Assembly: GCA_040437565.1 (NCBI GenBank)
Contig: JBDOQK010000025.1
Span: 310,027 to 374,000 of the forward strand
Length of the DNA: 63,974 nt
Direction: 5' to 3'
Source: Albugo candida
Lineage: Eukaryota
A program made the translations under genes and the position numbers. Within the stretch, counting starts at the first letter, position 1, and each line of letters begins with the position of its first letter. Of this stretch, positions 62,113-63,974 are shown in pieces. The notes beneath the pieces were generated by a model. That model did not search any database, had not been told where the DNA came from, and worked only from the letters and a program-made list of their open reading frames with translations.

Positions 62113-63974
62113 ATGGATGCAGTCGAAGAATTCAATGACGTGTTTGGTGTCTCAATTCGATTTCGATTTCAATCACGGCGACCAATTCATCCCGACGCGA
62201 AAACGAAACTGGGAATGATACAATCACACTCGAAATTGTATCAGTATATCCAATCGCTGTTTGACTCCCAATCAGCCAAACAGATTCGCGCTATCTTCCG
62301 CAATCGAAGAAACCAGTGGCTCCATCCAAGCGGGCTTCAAAGTGGCGCGACCAGTGTTCTATGCATCTTTTTTCTTCATATTGCAAGTAAGAATCCTCCG
62401 CTTCGAAGAACTATCCTGTTCCTATTTTTCGACGCGCTTTTTTTCCATTGCGATGTATACGGAGAATCCGATGTTTCGTGTCGCATGCAGACATTCCAGT
62501 CCGTTCTCTCATTTCATGAAATGAAATGTTTTGTGCGTTGGGAAGCGCTGATCTCTTTTTTCAAGCGACTACTTCGTCTAAGCACAGATTCGATGGCCAT
62601 TTTCCAAGAATGGATGAAAACTAGTTCGGCTGGACGAGCTTCTAATTGCGTTTTTGCGCACCTAAGCGGCGTGGAACAACTTTTGAACGAGTATACACAC
62701 TCAACGGCCATTTACGGCGGGCCATTACAACTTGAAATTATACAGTGCTTTTTGCAGTTTATATTGGAGTGTGAGCTATTGCCTCAATGCAAACCATTGC
62801 AACAGGTAAATGCTTGCATTAACGACCGATTGTATCAATGGTTTTTCAGCAAGTTTCAATGCATCGCTACAATCGACTTCAATTCTGTATGGAGGCAATC
62901 ACTATTTAAGTTGATGGAGAGAACCTCTGTATTGTATCAGCATCAACGAGTTAGCGATGTGAATGTTGCTGCAGTCTTTGTACTTGGTATCAAAACGATT
63001 TCCGAGCAAACCTTTCTCAACTTATACGATGGCTGGTTCAAGATCTGTAAATCGGTAGCTTTGAACCACGAAAACGGCGGGTTGGAACGATACAAAACGC
63101 ATTTGCTCGTGCTCGTCGGAATTAGTGCTCACTGTCAAACGATGGATGTCAAAAGGGTTCTGGAACTTTTGCTTGAAATGACATCCTTCATTCGTAGAAA
63201 CACTTCATATCTGTATGAGACTCAATTTGTCTTGTTCCTTATCGTTTACCTTGCGGTTTGCAGCCAAACTTCATTGAACACCCTCAAACCAGATGCAAAG
63301 TTATTGCTCCAGGAATTCCGACTACAATTTCTCAGTGTGTTAGTTCCTCAACAAAGTCATTTGTACCGTTGTTTTCAGTCTCATAGCGTCTTCACACTGA
63401 AATCCAAAAAAGAACTTTGGCGCAAATGGTTTGATATTGAGCATCAAGAAGACCTCAATCGAAATTGGTCATCGGGCGATATTGAAGACGCTCTCGCATT
63501 CCGAAGACAATTCAAAGCAATCTCTTCGTGTATCCCATTACAAAGCCTTCAGCAATGGCCACATATGAAAGCGTTTCTCTCAACACAGCATCAACCACCT
63601 TCTTGTCGATTACTCACGACGAAGAAAAAGTTGATACTGCTCATGCAACCGCCTCCACACATTGAAGAAACGCCCGCGCAGCGTATGTCAGAGATGCTTC
63701 CGGATGAGCTTCTTATGCGGATTTTTTTATTTCTAAGCGCCAAACGGCTGTGCCGAATAGCGTCAGTGAACAAACAATGTCACGAGCTTATATGCGGTAC
63801 AAAAGTATGGACACAAAATGTATGGAAAGCGTTATATTTCAGATCGACATTTTGTGGATCAGTCTTAACGGGACGTACCCGGTGTCCCCATGGTCCCTTA
63901 TTCCATCATCAGTGGGCTCAAATGTACCAAGACCGGTTTTTGGCTATGCGCAAAATGATGCGAAGACGGGTAAA
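62113..63974 (+). CDS. Large protein with an F-box near residue 530; 3'-truncated and absent from the ORF track
   Basis: Stop-free frame from ATG 62113 to the window end; LPDELLMRIFLFLSAKRLCRIASVNKQCHEL..WKALY. Confidence 0.8.
   Translation, partial: MDAVEEFNDVFGVSIRFRFQSRRPIHPDAKTKLGMIQSHSKLYQYIQSLFDSQSAKQIRAIFRNRRNQWLHPSGLQSGATSVLCIFFLHIASKNPPLRRTILFLFFDALFFHCDVYGESDVSCRMQTFQSVLSFHEMKCFVRWEALISFFKRLLRLSTDSMAIFQEWMKTSSAGRASNCVFAHLSGVEQLLNEYTHSTAIYGGPLQLEIIQCFLQFILECELLPQCKPLQQVNACINDRLYQWFFSKFQCIATIDFNSVWRQSLFKLMERTSVLYQHQRVSDVNVAAVFVLGIKTISEQTFLNLYDGWFKICKSVALNHENGGLERYKTHLLVLVGISAHCQTMDVKRVLELLLEMTSFIRRNTSYLYETQFVLFLIVYLAVCSQTSLNTLKPDAKLLLQEFRLQFLSVLVPQQSHLYRCFQSHSVFTLKSKKELWRKWFDIEHQEDLNRNWSSGDIEDALAFRRQFKAISSCIPLQSLQQWPHMKAFLSTQHQPPSCRLLTTKKKLILLMQPPPHIEETPAQRMSEMLPDELLMRIFLFLSAKRLCRIASVNKQCHELICGTKVWTQNVWKALYFRSTFCGSVLTGRTRCPHGPLFHHQWAQMYQDRFLAMRKMMRRRV

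Overview
Gene-dense eukaryotic nuclear scaffold with short (~50-60 nt) GT-AG introns and oomycete Inr+FPR promoters. It is inferred to be an oomycete, most consistent with Albugo; this was not verified by search. There are 18 gaps of 100 N, many flanked by unmerged overlaps or haplotypes. Left block (1-22.3 kb): NO VEIN-like HATPase/DUF3883 protein, FANCL, myosin, cactin, pallidin-like, temptin-like secreted protein, DUF4504, a small secreted Cys protein and MED7. Central ~24 kb (22.4-46.5 kb): a birth-and-death array of about 9 copies or fragments of secreted-looking purple-acid-phosphatase (TRAP/ACP5-fold) proteins whose Fe(III) ligands are substituted wherever the motifs are visible. The array grew by tandem and inverted segmental duplications that carried along, and then pseudogenised, NMT, GlyRS and PX-RING neighbours. 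Right block: GlyRS, eIF2B-gamma, FAAL-ACP, a WDR7 gene interrupted by a foreign contig (mitochondrial rpl14-rpl5 fragment, SDR pseudogene, decayed WDR7 copy), GPR89, FAM136A, a DHHC acyltransferase missing one Zn site, and a C-terminal F-box protein. No CRISPR array, rRNA, tRNA or recognisable intact transposon was seen.
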